A stretch of DNA of 63,724 nt, the filler included, from Choristocarpus tenellus KU-1152 (taxonomy: Eukaryota > Protista > Phaeophyceae), in the NCBI GenBank assembly GCA_964200185.2. It is 12 parts of 12 records of this genome, joined end to end, with 100 filler letters (N's around TTAATTAATTAA, not from the genome) between each part and the next. Parts side by side here need not be neighbours in the genome. Positions count along the whole stretch, not along the records: positions 23,883 to 26,929 come from CAXNAD020022713.1; positions 27,030 to 32,203 come from CAXNAD020011616.1; positions 32,304 to 39,204 come from CAXNAD020007109.1; 9 more parts are not named here. The stretch is one strand, 5' to 3'. A program made the translations under genes and the position numbers. The notes under the pieces were generated by a model. The model ran no database searches. It was given only the letters and a program-made list of their open reading frames with translations, and was not told the origin of the DNA. Numbering within the stretch: position 1 is the stretch's first letter; each line of letters begins with the position of its first letter. This document shows, piece after piece, positions 23,924 through 38,165 of the stretch.

Positions 23924-26900
23924 AAGCAAGATAAACGTCATCGCTGAGATTTCAGCACTGATATTGAAAATGTCATCCACTTTCCTGGTGCAACGAGTCA
24001 AGGAGGAGAGAACAAATGTGAGTCACATTTAAATACCCCTTTTCTGTGACAGAGATAGGGAAGGGTGTCGCAGGCTTAGAGATTCATTCAGTGTTCTCCA
24101 TGAGATAAACCTGTGCTGAAAAACATTGCAGTGCTTCGACGGTTAGAGTTCTATGCATTTAGAAATGTTCTTGCTTGAACGGATCTATAAAGTACTTCGG
24201 TCTCTACCCCTCCAACGTAGTCCTCAAAACCACAAACACTGATCACAAACAAAACTGAACACAACCAGGAGAAGCAAAAAGGAAGGTGTGGGCACCTTAC
24301 TCGCCTGACGAAAGGATAGAGAGCAGCCAGAAATGCCACATAGACTAGAGAGACGTTACTCAGGATTTCGATTTGCATTGGGATAAACTCCCTGGCCGTA
24401 TCAAAATCAAAAACAGCAAAGTCGGATGTCAGGATTTTGGAGAACATTATCCAGAAGTTGTTCTGAATATGCTTTGTGGCCAATATTTCAGACAGAACTC
24501 TTCTGCGATTCGTGGGTTACATGCCCTGCATCACCAACTATTGGAGCAGCTAGAAGTTCAAAGTTTCTTAAGAAAGCTATACTCTAAGTATAATACTACT
24601 TTGTTCAACTGTCTTTCAATCCTCCCCAAAGAAATAGTTCAACAACAACGATCTTGCGATATAGGTACTGGTTTGTACTTTGTGTGCAAATAGACAAAGT
24701 ACTCCAGCAATGTTTATCTACAGGACCTTGATCATATATTAAAGCAATTCATCTTTCTTCCAGAGCCCAACCATATTGGAATCCTCGAGCTTTCCATTAC
24801 ACGAACTAGAATACTTTGCCAACGAAATTTGACGACCACATGCCCATTCCTGCAAATTACGAACTACTGAAAACACACGCCTCCCTAGGCTTTTAAAGCC
24901 ATCAAGACGCATGTCTTTTTCCTTGGGTGTAAGGTTAACAATCTAGAACAATTTATAACCTCATCAAAGTCCTGAAGGCATTGCACAACCCACACTGCCA
25001 ACCCACCATATCTGCAAGGTGGAGAAGTACTCATGGTAGACAGGGATTGCCATGAAGTACACACCCATGATAAGAAGAACACCTGCATAATTTCGTTCCT
25101 GCGAAAGAAGAACAAACCGGTTTGGGATAATTTAACATCGGATAAACACAAAAAAAAATGTACAAGTGGATGAACAAAAAAATGTACTCAATTGAGTTCC
25201 TACATTTGACAGCACTGACCCTGTTTACCTCGTAGATAGAGAGATGCCATGGTCCCTGGAATGTGAAAACACCACCAACTGTCGCAAAATAGGAGTCGCA
25301 GAGAAAATATTACCAAAGATTTTTCTGCTTCGCCCCTCTATTTCGACCATGAGCTACATCAATACTCCACGCGGTACATGCAATGACAAGACTACGAACA
25401 CCAAAATACAATCATGAGGTACAACATCTACCATTCTGAGCTCACTTCCAAAATCACTGGAAGTATTAATCACATTTGATCACAGGCCTATAAACTTACT
25501 ATCTGTAGTAGTTGAGTACTGAGCACAGTATTGGCACACCACCTTACCAGGACAAGCCATGGCAAGTTGTGCTTGGCCAAAGGGTGGAAGACCACTGCCA
25601 GACTTAATGCGCGAGCTATGTAGCTGCCAGAGCAAATTGGTAGGACAAAGAAAAAGGCCTGCCCAACATCAAGGCACACACATGTATTCAACGCTGCACT
25701 ATTAGCCAAAATCAATGTCGGGTTGGTGGAGTGTGAAGGGCATAACATAAGAGATATGCCAGACAAGTATGTAACGGTGTTAGTAAACAACCCGGCTGCC
25801 TATGGTGCAATGGTGCACATACTTCAAACTACGTGCAGTAATATTCTTTACCTGGCGACAAGAATACAATCGAAGTACTGTGGATCATGTTTGTGGGAAA
25901 CCAGGTAGGTCCACATAGAACACCTGTACCTGCAAGCCATGAAGTTTTATTGCATTGTAATTATATATACCATAGAAGGTCTCTGGGGCTCCTCTTCTTA
26001 TATATAAGGTTTAATTTATACAGGCATGTGCATGTGGTGACGCTGCAGTCACACAATCCAATCTCCTTTGGCACATCACACACAGGCCGGTGCTGATACT
26101 AATTAAGTCTCACTTCAACTGAAATACGGGAGGTGTTGTTGCACTTTACCTATCATGAACGTCCCAATAAATTATATAGATTGAGGCCAATTTCGGTCAA
26201 ATATTATTCTTGTGACACAGTGGAGCATTTAAATTGTACAGGGGCGGTGCCTTTTTCGATAGATGGACCGCCTTTTAGGTTTTGGTTTTTGTGCGCGCAC
26301 GTTCTTTGACGGCCGATTAAAAGCACCATCAAAAGGAATCCATGTAGGTTGTTAGATAAACCTCTATACCTCTAGCTGACTGTCTGTTTAGATGAAAACA
26401 AAACCAGAAGTGGATAGCCCGTATTCCATATGGAATCAGGTACGTCATCTCTGACTCCCTGTTGTTGTGATTGTTGCAACCTGAACCACACAGTGGTGAG
26501 GTGCGAGAGATCTGAATTTTTCTCAAATAAAACCATTTTTGTTCCCTTATCCCTTGTTCAATGTCCAATATTGTGGGTTCCAACCCCATCGACACCTAAA
26601 CCAATTTCTTTAAAACTGTTTTGAAGAATTACTTTAAATTCGTGGTATCAATAGCAGAGATGGAAAGGAGGATGGTATGATGATAATTACGGATGTAACT
26701 ATGATGGAGGAGAGCGGTGACAGTGCATGAGAGATAGGCAAGGGAGATCAACGGCCCATGATACATTATGGAGCATAACTGCAGGAATAATATGACAGGG
26801 TTTATATGACGATGATGTCTTCACAGGGAGCGGATCTACAGCCTCTACCACCCTCTCAAATGGGGCTGTTTGGGATGGAAACCCAAGGGAGGAGACAGGA

Positions 26901-28039
26901 GAGTCCACAGGCACCCACAATCATACAGGNNNNNNNNNNNNNNNNNNNNNNNNNNNNNNNNNNNNNNNNNNNNTTAATTAATTAANNNNNNNNNNNNNNN
27001 NNNNNNNNNNNNNNNNNNNNNNNNNNNNNCTCACAACCCCCCCCCCCCAAGATACTTTGAACCAAGAGCAATTCGAGACCTAGACAAGACTGGCTCTATT
27101 CTCACGTTAATGACTCTTGCAAAAGAAAATAAAGGAGGAGGGAGGGGGGATGATTTTTTAAATTCCGGGAAGGGTTGCTAATTACTATGTTTTTGCAAAT
27201 CGAACACCAATGCGTCAGACCCAGTCTATCTACCTTGTAACCGATTGCCGTTATCAACTCCACCCTGTATCACACACATGCTGCTCACCACATCGTGCGA
27301 CATGTGTTCACATTTCAGGTAGCGGCTCTTGGCTTCGAGTGTTTGATCACGATAACTACACACTATTCGCGTATGACTCTTTACATCTGGAAATAACGTA
27401 CCACGCATGCACCTTAGCAGCAATTTGATACCAAAGGTACTACTCGGGAAAAAGGGGGAAAAAAAACCCGTTAGGATTTATCGTGCAGAACATGCGCACA
27501 CACAGCTAACATCGCAGTGGCGGCGACTTGAGAAGGCTGTCTGACATTCAAAACCCTCCCAAATAAATAATGGTGCCCAGAAGGATCTAACCTTAACCCT
27601 AACCCTAACACTTACGATACTAACAAAGGAAATGAAGGATCACAAGTGTACTATCAACACAGTACAGAGGTGGTACTATTACTGGATGCAGTCATGGAGC
27701 AAGGTGGGGCACACACACCCTCCTTATGATCAATATTCCTTCTTCCCCAATATCTAGTATGTAGCCCCCCAGCCCTTCTCCAACAAGTTTTATATATTTT
27801 TTAAGAGCAGCAGGCACTCCTGCAAACACTCCTGCCTGCTATGGAGGAACAAGAGTGCAACAAAAATCAGCGTAGCGTGATAATGTTCAATTTGGTGCTG
27901 GTGTCAGTATTTTTTTGTAGGTGGCGGAAAACATGGCTAACGACCACAATACCTACTTGCAAAACTTCAAATGTCAACTCGGTAACCAAACAAAAGAATT
28001 ATGAGGCAAGAGGATAAGGAAGGTGTGGGGAAAGCTTAC

Positions 28040-29257
28040 GATTTACGTCCAGTTTTCCCCTTGATCTCGGGAGCCCATAGGTACTCAAATCCAGGGGGGA
28101 AACCCTCTCCTGGATGTTCAAACTGCGCTGCATCATCCGCAACAATGCCATACAGGAGAGACACTTCATTGAAGAAATCCACCGCTGTGTAGAAATTCAA
28201 TAGTTGCAATCAGATATGTTGGGAATTTGGTGGCAGGGGCAAGGATGAAAAGGTCAAAGGAGTGAGGAGGCACAAGGAGAAATGAGGAGTGCTCACCTTT
28301 GTGGATGCAGTATGGTCAGTTTACTTCAGCTACAAGCGCACAAATCGAAAGCAATATCAGCTGGAAGACGGGCGTGGATGCATCGACTGCACAGGTAACG
28401 AGTGCTTCGCCAATTGTGCTGTGGTTCTTCCCCAACGAGATTCATACCCAATCAAAACAGAGGAGACAGCCTCAATCCAACCAACACCCACAATATATCA
28501 ACAGCAGCGAGTCTCTTGGTTCCGTGTTATATGGATAACAGGCATTAAGGATGGGGCTAGATCGCAACAGGTGGAGGACAAGGGGATTGGCAACGGGTGG
28601 ATGTGTGTAGAATTCCTTGCCACCGTTCTCTTGAGGTGTCATCTAACTCACTGTTCACGGCTAGCCACTCATTGAGCTCTTCCGAGGGCGGGAGCTGCAC
28701 GGCGAGGCGCATGTTTCCACTGTGAGGAAGGGCGAAAGGAGAGGGCGATAAAGGCAAGGGATAGGAGAACGCAAAAGGGAACGATCGGAGGTGTAAGTTG
28801 TTGCCATTGATAGAGTCGTTGATAGAGTCGTTGGGGGGACCTATCCCTCAGTTGGCACAGGATGAAGCTATGCAGTGGAGTATGCATCTCATCAATAAGA
28901 GTATGTCAAAGGACTCCTACCAAGTTCGAATAGCAGAAGGCACTATTCTCCTAGCAAGTGTACGTTCCCACCAATTAAACGGGAAGAGATGGGCTCAAGA
29001 TCTCCACTTGCGAGGTCAGAAGGATCAAACGTGAACGCCTTGCATCCAAGGTACATATGTCATAATCGATGCCCAAACAGGGAAAGCGTGGGAGCAATGC
29101 TGGACCAAAAATCGAGTCTAGCCCGAGGAACGTCGAACCTGCCCAATGTTTTCCGAGTGTATTGATGAAGCTCCTCCCGTTTCGAGCCCCCACGATGGCC
29201 CTTGACAGGCTTGAAGGTCTTCTTCGATGAGCTACCGAAGTTGAATCTAGAGAACAT
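28040..29257 (-). CDS. MOB1: MOB kinase activator (Mob1/phocein family), first 3 exons (29257-29139, 28719-28652, 28184-28040); 3' part not found on this contig
   Basis: [55 protein letters not shown]. Introns are GT-AG and phase-consistent. Confidence 0.9.
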
Positions 29258-30074
29258 GGTCACCTTAAATAACTGGAGAACACCACAACGCAATCAACCC
29301 TGGAAATGGAAGGTGTATTCTTTCAGGGATCTCCCCACCGTCCTTCTCCTTCTCTCTATTCGCTTTCTCTCTATCCCTTCTCTCGACCAGTTATAGGGCA
29401 ACTCCCCGTCCTGATCCTCCTGCGCCTGTCGTTTCGCTGAGTAGATGTCTTCCTTGGACGATCGTCTGTTCAACACTGTGCTGTACTATTGTTGTGTATT
29501 GTGTACTAATGTACTGCGACGAAAATGGTATTTGCTAGATGGAGTGGGGGTAGAGACTTTAGGGTTAAGGCTCCGGAAGTATCGTAGTATTTGAAACTGT
29601 CAAACGGTGGGCGATGAATGATGATCGCATGATCGCTTCACAGAAAACACGTATCACCCACTGAACTCAAGACACATGATAAATTGTTTCTGAGAGCCGC
29701 TGACTGGCGTGTCAAAAATCGATCTCCTTCTCTCATACCTTCCCTGGCATCCAACCATCGAGCCTTTGTAATCAATTTCGCCACCCATCGCACCCACACG
29801 TGACTCAAAAGGGTATTTCAGAAGAGGAGGGATCCAGCCGAACCTCTTACAGTTAGCGGTCTCCTGTCTAATCAGTTTAGACCAGAAACCCACAAGCGGT
29901 GGTAGCCACCGGCAGAGGAAAGGTGGGGATGGAAGGCGCGTAGGGAGCTGCAACGGAAGCGCATAGATGTTAGCATTGGATTCCCACTCAGATCAACGTC
30001 GGTAGAACTGATTAGCTGGGCCTCGTCAACCCTAAGTACCAGCTTCCGCCAGGGGGCGGCCGACCCAGGTTTTA

Positions 30075-31138
30075 ATGGAATCTCCACAGGAACTATCTCC
30101 TGTATTCGCCTTGAGTCCCGTAGCCGTCTTCGGCAATGGAGTCATCCCCTCGAGTGATCCCCATACAAAATCCACTACAGTTAGTGGGGATTCGATTGAC
30201 AACTGGAACTTATCAGAAGCGGGTGGGGAGTCGTCCAACATGTCAAACCACTGGCGGTTTAGCGCTGCAGACCTCAAAGAAATGGTGAAGAGGTCGTCAG
30301 CCGGGTCGGGCTTGGTAGACTCAGAGAGATCACGAAACAATAACGGATGCATCCTTGCTCCTGGGATCAATCAACAGAGTGGTCTTGGACAGGTTTCTTC
30401 ACGACTGGAAGCGACCTTGACACTGCCCCCTCAAAAGCTAGGCCTTCTCGACCTCGATCCGGAGTTGACGGCCCCAAGCACCCCGCGGACACCCACAGTA
30501 GAGAGCCAAGTTATTTCGGGGTCATCTCTCTCATCGACTCCAAGCGATCGGGACACCCTTGCTCGGAACTCCCCAACACCTCGCTCCGAAACATGTGCCA
30601 GTGTTAGCCCAATTGCCCTTAAACTCCTGGTGTCAAATAGCATGGCTGGAACACTCATAGGAAAAGGTGGCAACCGCATCAACGAGATAAAAGCAGAGGT
30701 GAGATGTTTCAACTTGGAATACTATCCCTCCAACAGTTCACTTCCGCACAGCCCCTTCATGTTCGTGGGCAACACGCAGGCCAACCAGCCATAGGGCGGA
30801 GGAGTGGTCGATGAGAACGCGCTCAGATCATACTTTTTCGTAATCCATCTTTTCCCATACCTTGTGTCTGTCCACAGTCTTGTGCTGACGTTAAAGTGAC
30901 GCCGAATGGGCGTTACTACCCTGGCACCCATGAGCGGGTGGTGTTAGTTATTGGGGAGCCGAACACTGTTCACAAAGCTTGTGACAGCATTATCTCCACG
31001 GTTTTCACCACGGCCGATTCACGTCTTGGTATCACTCAGAAGGTCCTGATCCCTGAAACTGTCAGTGGTCTTATCATAGGCCATGATGGTACACGACTCA
31101 GAGACTTGCGTGAGGAGGCGGGAGTTGCATCAATACAG
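30075..31138 (+). CDS. KH-domain RNA-binding protein (NOVA/BTR1-like), first 2 exons (30075-30698, 30878-31138); partial
   Basis: KH1 is LKLLVSNSMAGTLIGKGG..I..IK..YYPGTHERVVLVIG. KH2 is VLIPETVSGLIIGHDG..LR. The N-terminus is S/T/P-rich. Confidence 0.85.
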
Positions 31139-32349
31139 GTTCGGGTCGATGATCATGTCAGGTTAAGGTATCTACAGTTTGGCACTTGGCAGCATCAATT
31201 TTTCTCCCCTGCCTTCTCCTTAGGGTGACTTACCTAAAACAAAATCCCTCTCAATCCTCAGCATGGACTGAAGGAAGCGAGTAAGATTTTTACAAGAGCA
31301 TCAAGGAAAATGTTTTGCTTCATTAGTATAATAGACTATTCTTAATGAAGAAGGCAGGGCAATACTTGTGGTAACTTTTTGTGCCTACTATATCTTGAGC
31401 TGGTTCTGGGGTGGGTAGGGTTGAGTTTGCCAGCACCCTTTCATTGCAGCACCCATTTATTGTCCATAGAACAATCTCAAATAATTGTCAGAATCTAAAT
31501 TAATTGTCAGGACAGTTCAGTATTACTCTCACTGTTTTAACTACCACACCATCGATTTACTATTTGCCCCATAATAATCTCCATTGGGTGGTTGCCTTGC
31601 TCAAATTAATTGGCAAGGTATTGCTGCAGCATACGCATCTGTAGCACAGGGTAGTGTAACCCCCTTAAGCTTCTCAATGGGAATTTGCAACTGGACTCTC
31701 CTGTAATATGTACAACACACATTACCTACTATTCAATGTCAAGCATTTTATTATGTGTTAGCATAACAACATTGTTAAACCAGAAAATTAAGCTGGAACT
31801 CTGTTGGAAAAAGGAACGAGCCAGCAATAAGAATAAACATGGAAGGCTGGGAAACATTTAGAGGAGAATTCAGACAGCTGCTCTCTGTTATGGCACCTGG
31901 CTTAGGATAGAACCACCTTAGGTTCAAAGTGGAGAATACAAGCCACAATACATTTCATAGCAACAACAACAGCAACGTTGTCACACTCCAGCATGCTAGA
32001 GTCAATCGCAGCAGGTGTATGCATTGCTCTGTAGGATCACACAAATACTGTCTACCACTCGAGATCATCCACAGACACAGTGTTAGTATACAAACCACAA
32101 CCTCCTGCCTGATACAATGTCACCAACCACATCTCTCCCGTCCCCCTTCCCCCCTCCCCACCCCTCGATGTTTCTTTTCACTCCTTGCATTTTTGTTACC
32201 CTCNNNNNNNNNNNNNNNNNNNNNNNNNNNNNNNNNNNNNNNNNNNNTTAATTAATTAANNNNNNNNNNNNNNNNNNNNNNNNNNNNNNNNNNNNNNNNN
32301 NNNCATTCAAAAAGGGGCCCTTAAAAAGTGCCGCAACAGTTACAAAAAA

Positions 32350-32435
32350 AAACATATCGGCACTTTTCCCCGGTCAATTTTGGGTCACCCATCCTCCATA
32401 GTACGCTCTATCCTCAATTTTTGAAATCCACTGTT
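32350..32435 (-). repeat. Dispersed repeat family C
   Basis: Reverse complement of about 2993-3090. Confidence 0.7.
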
Positions 32436-32489
32436 ATTTGTTTTGCCCCTGACATATCTGCAAAATTTCAGAGGGCATAATAATAAAAC

Positions 32490-32530
<41 letters not shown>

Positions 32531-32630
32531 CTGTAGGGCTAGTAACGACGTATGTATGTATAGTTTTCATTGGTTTCCACCCTGACACATCTGCAAACTA
32601 TGTCAAAGGGCATAGTAACAAAATATATAC
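32436..32630 (+). mobile_element. Two tandem 3'-end fragments of the CRE-like element separated by (TA)n
   Basis: CCCTGACATATCTGCAAAATTTCAGAGGGCATAATAAT and CCCTGACACATCTGCAAACTATGTCAAAGGGCATAGTAAC match the reverse complement of 5136-5185. Confidence 0.65.
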
Positions 32631-33409
32631 TTGATCAGCACAGATAACGTAAGGATAACACTAGGTTGGTTACTCGACACTCCTCCTGACTACAGCGGGA
32701 AAAATGACCCAACCTGTTCAGTTCAAAGCTACTGTTACCGCCCCTAGACTCCCAAGAGAAACGACAACGAACAGAGAAAACGGTACAGTGTACTTTCGTT
32801 TGGAAGACACAGGGAAGGGACGCACAATAGTGATGCGGGAAAATAGTAGTACCATATACTTCCACGACTAACCACTCGACAAATCAGGATGTTCGTGGTG
32901 TCTTTGACAAGAAAGTAAGGCTCACGGCAGTATCTCGTATAGACACACCTTGGAAGCAGAAATGGAACCGGAGAGGTACACCCACTACGGCCCAGGATCT
33001 TAGAATCTTGAAACCTATCACACACCAGCCATTGCTCCACTGCAACTATTTTTCCGTGGGATGCAACAACCACTCACTTCTAAACATTCTAAATTAATAC
33101 CAAATTTGAAGATGTAACTGAGGTAACGAAGGTTCTGTCGCCAATCTATGTTCCTCTACAATGCTACATTTCTCTGACACTACATCGAAGTACACACCAT
33201 TCCGTACATTGCGGAAATAAGTCATTCCTAAACCTGCCCACTCTGAGCGTTCGCGAGTATCCTTGTGGCTTACTACATAACCATCCAACCATTCAGAGCG
33301 TGACCTCCGCACCACCACCTACACCGTTTACTGGCGAAAACTCTCCACCTCCTTCCTCACTCACTCAACCTACCCTTCTGCTATCCTTCCACCTACCTCC
33401 GGCATTGCC

Positions 33410-36400
33410 ATGAAGTCATCCTTCTATATCTGTGCCAGCTTCGTTGTCACTCTTGGACTCACGATTTCAGCAGATGCCGAGAACGGGAGTGGCAACACTG
33501 CCCTCTTCCAGCGGCAACTCTCTGGTGACACAGCGTGGACGTACAGGGAAACGGGAGAGGACGACACCGCGGTTCCATTACAACCCAGGTAAGTGTGACT
33601 CCTTCCACGAAGTGTAGTTCTGGTCGGTAGTTGACTCGTGATATCGGGACATGCAGACCCCTAAAAGTGTGTGTCTGCAAATATTTCCACCACTAGATAC
33701 GCCGAGCTTGTTTGATTTTCGATTGGAGACATATTGACCCCCACCTCGCTGTGACTAGAACCAGAAACGAATCAAAGCTCTCCGGTGCATACTTGGTCCT
33801 GTGGACCTACTGGTGGGTACACCGAACACGAAGAACTTGTTGGGAATACAAAGGATTGTTGGCTACCGTTGATACGATTGTTTGATATCCACTGCTTACA
33901 TGCTGGAGTGAGTACATGTTACCACCAGAGAGCAACAACCGCAATAACAGTTTAGATACTGCGCGACACCTAATGACCAACAAGATCGCCCATGCTTCGA
34001 AATGAACAGGAGCTGGCACCTGGATTACGAGGACTGCGATGGTGACAGTCAGAGCCCCATCAATCTGTCGGTCCCCCACATTACACCTGTTCGAGTGAGC
34101 ATATGCTTGAGCAATCTCGACATAGATCGAAGTAGGCGAGGGTGTTCTCGCATTACTGTCGAAAGAAACAGCGCCTCGCACCACCAAGCTTCGTACCGCT
34201 TTCTGACATACAAAGTAGCTACGACGTTTTCTAACGAGTGGACCGTGCCTGCTACTTCCTACAATTTTGCCTATAATTGCACAAAAAGTTGTTTGGGGAT
34301 ATTTAAGTCCTTGGCTGCCATCACTAGCGCCTATCTCCAGAACTTCGTCTTTTCAGTCTCTTGCATTCCGTGTTTCCACAGTGCTAGCTTGCTTGACCAT
34401 TGATATCCCCTCGAGTCCAGAGCAGTATACCAACAACGACTTGTGAACCTCACACCCCCTTTCCAGATGAAAAAATTCGGCCTGGCCTTCTCACCCAAGA
34501 CCTGCCCCTCAAGGAACCACATATACCTGCAGTCGAACCATAATTGGGAGGTACACCACCGTAAATAAAAGCTCTGTACGCCTCCCAGAGTGTTGTCTCG
34601 ACCTGAAGAGATACCATGGAACGAGATGAATGAGACGCTGTAGATGCCTATATGTTGCACCAACCCTGAAGCATGACGGTGTAGTTTGGCAGTTCAGCCG
34701 AGAATTTGTACCGCCCCTCCTCGGCAGAGGTGTACCTCGGTTATGATGTTGTGCATTTACTCTATTTGCCCTGCCCTGGAGTTATGCTACTACCACCACA
34801 ATACAGGAAAACAGGAAAAAAGTATGTCATACACAAAGGTATCTCTGAGGTTGGAGCCTTTGCCGTGAATTTGATGTAGACAGTAGTAGCGTGTCATATA
34901 ACGCATCACCTGTGGCATCGATATCTCGTTTGTGGCTTCACAGATCGATTTTGAGGCATGCCTGGAAAACGAGGATACAGCATCCAGTCTCAGGTTCGAT
35001 GGGGACTTCTACGAGTTGCAACAGATGCACATTCACACGCCATCAGAGCACACTGTAAGTCTTCACGTATTATTTATGGGGCCTTGATGAGTTGAAAAAA
35101 ACATTTTGATGATAAGAAACAATGAATGAATAGCGAGAGTCTTTGCTTGTGAGGGAGTGGTAGCCAACAAACCGTATACTACCCTGCCCTGTGAGTGCAA
35201 TAGAATACACTTGTGAAACACACCGGCAAGTGAGGTAGCTCCTGCAGCAGCAGTGGAAGCAGCAGCATCATGTGACTCGTCGTAGTCTAGGACTTGGCCT
35301 CAACCTCAATCCCTAGCCTTGAATGTGCACAAACTCCAAACTTGAACAACAACGCGCGTGATATCACCAGGAGAAGGGCACTTTTCACGGTTTTGACTCT
35401 GCAAGGTAGTGATGATGACAAAATCAGCACCACCACCACTTCGGTCATTTTTCACTCTTCTGGAGTGAGAATATGTTTGACTCCAAACAAACCCTTTAAA
35501 ACCAAATATCCTAACTCATCAAAGCTCCCGTACTCCCCGTAAGTGTATGCAAGAGGACTGAGTCAGTAGACTTAACGACAGAATATAGAAGCTTGAATAA
35601 TGATATCCACTAACTTCACCTTGCATCTCGTTTGCACTTTCTGTGGCCTCCCAACAGTTTGGGGGGGGGGAAGAGGACGGAGAGATGCACTTTGTACACG
35701 AGAATACTGATGGTTCAGGTCGGCTCCTTGTTGTTGGGGTCTTGCTTTCTTCTTCTCTAGACTACGGTGATAACCTGGAGGTGAGACAATGGGATGTGGT
35801 ATACAGGGCTATCTCGAACTTTTATCAATATTGCTGAGGCATCATCGATGGAGAGGGGTTTGGATTAAGCACTTACTGTAGGAAGATGGGGTGATCAGAT
35901 GGCCCATACTATACGTTAGAGTTAGTGTGGGTTAAGCCCAGGTCTTCCATTCTGAGCTCGATGGGGTGTTGAAAATCATATTCCAGAAAAACAGTCCAGT
36001 TTATGCCTATTTTTTCTTTTTTCTTTCTCTTCGGATGTGGTACAGAGAAGGGGATGGAAGCGGAGAGTACATCCAGATGAATGAGATAAACCTTACCTAT
36101 TATGACACGTTCAAACTCAAAGGATGTGCAAATCACTGGACACCTGAACACCCCTTTCAACTAGGATACTATGGTCTTTATATGGACCAGGTTATGAGTT
36201 CGACAAGAAGAGAGCTACCACACTACGAGACATAAAGGTCATGAAGACGCGCCTTAGACATCAAGTATGAGATGTTTTGAGTACGTACCCCATGAAGCTG
36301 TAGCGATCGCACAAGCTCAGGACAACTGTTGCTGCATCTATAGGCAACGGGAATATCGCCTACATTCCTTTTCCACAGATTTTTTGGTTATTCCACCCAT

Positions 36401-38165
36401 GCCACACAGTTACATACTCCATACTAAATTAGATATCTCAAGCCGTATTCCGTTGCCCTTCTTCTGCAAACCTTCTTTGTCCCTCCCTCTCTTGGTGGCA
36501 TGCGAAAACCGCAACCATTAAACAGCTCCAACCATACTGGGACAGGATCGCAGGGACATCAGAAGAGCCATTTTCTGCTTCACCATACGATCTGCTGCCT
36601 GCAGACCCGTCGTACTTCTACTATGAAGGCAGCCTGACTACACCCCCTTGCTCGGAGGTGAGGGCAATGCTTTGAGAAATACCTCTGCGTGAGATTCCGA
36701 AACCCGTCTCTTCCTCAATGTAGCTCGAAAGCAATGCAACAACAGCCTCGTGTCGCAATGTGCTCCTTTCACTCCCGAGTGAAAGTATCATATAGAGGGT
36801 AAGAGTTTTGCCCTATTTGTGCATTTGGGGCTTGGCTCCCCATGTTTTGTTTTTTTTTACATTTTACCTACTCCAAAGTGTTTCGGAGTAGGTATAATGT
36901 ATACGCTATGAAAATTAGTGTCCAGAACAAGGATATTGACATATCCTAACAAACACGATAGCCAATTTTTCATCAAAATCGCAACATTGGATTTTGGCCC
37001 CCAAATGGACGCGGCTCTACCCTCTAAGATACTTGGCTCTTCCCTGATCAGTGGTTGTTTTTGCCAGATCAACACTGTACGGGCGTGATGGATATAATCC
37101 ATCTGCCTCATCCCTCGCTTGCTTCCACAAAACCATGGACCCGTCGTGTGGACAACATACCCCCTTCTGCACGCCTCGAAATCAACGTCCACACCATTAT
37201 ATTGGACAAGATCTACCCGACCAAAATTCGCCATAGTCTAGTTTGATGCGAAATCCTTCTCCCCTGAAGTTTGTAGAGCATCTATAGAGTAAAGTGAAAT
37301 GAACATGTAGGACTCCAAGAACAAGTGCTGCCATAATTTGTGACGCATGTACTACTCTCCAATCCCCAAGCAGTTGTGAATGGACCTCATTTCCCTCCTC
37401 CCCCACCGCTCACTGCCCCAATGCGCTACCCAGATTGTGTCGTGGATCTTGATGACAAATCCTGTTAAAGTCAGCAGCCTCCAGATCCAGAACTTCCGCC
37501 GATCTGTGCAGCTTTATGAAGGGTCTGCTGTGAGTCAAAAGGAATGGAATGCTTTTTTCGCCTGCAAACATCCTGCTCCGCTCTAGCCTCAACCACAGTG
37601 GTCCTTCCCTCAAGGTTTCCCATTCTAAAAGTCTAAATCAACCCCGTGAGACTCAAAGCACCTACAATGGGTACAGGACAAAACCTCAGCTGTAGATATT
37701 ATCATACTCTCAAGAGTAACACTCTGGACCAGAAACACTTGAGGCATACCTTCACGTCTGTAGAGCTGCACTAGAGGGTGTTGCACTGCGTGTTGACAGG
37801 GAGTTTTGATTTGTAATGTTAGAATATCACTTGTAAAGGGGGAGGAAATACTGTTTACATATTCTCAAATCCCAACAATACAATCTCATCAGTAGCTGCT
37901 TGTGAACAGCCCTTCCTGGTGGAGGACGTGTCAACAAAACTACTACCTATACTCTAGATCGAGCTTCACATTGTACTATTAGAGTTCCTTTGCAAGTGTC
38001 CTTCAAATTGCAATTTGCTTTCTGCACATATACTAATGCATGTACTGATCTGCACCCACTGCTCCTCAATCGTTGCTATTCTATTCGTAGGTGAGCGAAT
38101 CAGGAAACACCAACCGCCCCGCACAGCTGCTCAATGGCCGCACCATCTACTTTGTAACCCCTTAG
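33410..38165 (+). CDS. Alpha-carbonic anhydrase with N-terminal signal peptide, 8 exons (33410-33588, 34010-34094, 34467-34550, 34944-35054, 35658-35780, 36526-36657, 37434-37529, 38091-38165), about 294 aa
   Basis: WTY..W..C.G.SQSPINL, QMHIHTPSEHT, EMHFVH, YYEGSLTTPPCSE.VSWI and NRPAQLLNGR. Spliced length is 885 nt and in frame. Confidence 0.93.
36777..37039 (-). mobile_element. MITE family A, full-length, inside carbonic anhydrase intron 6
   Basis: GAGTGAAAGTATCA... to ...CCCTCTAAGATACTTGGCTC, the reverse complement of the 2477 copy. Confidence 0.85.

Noticed and set aside
24100-25900. Protein-like minus-strand fragments with many stops
   Set aside because: No recognisable motif or consistent exon chain. 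It may be a decayed element, but no call is supportable.
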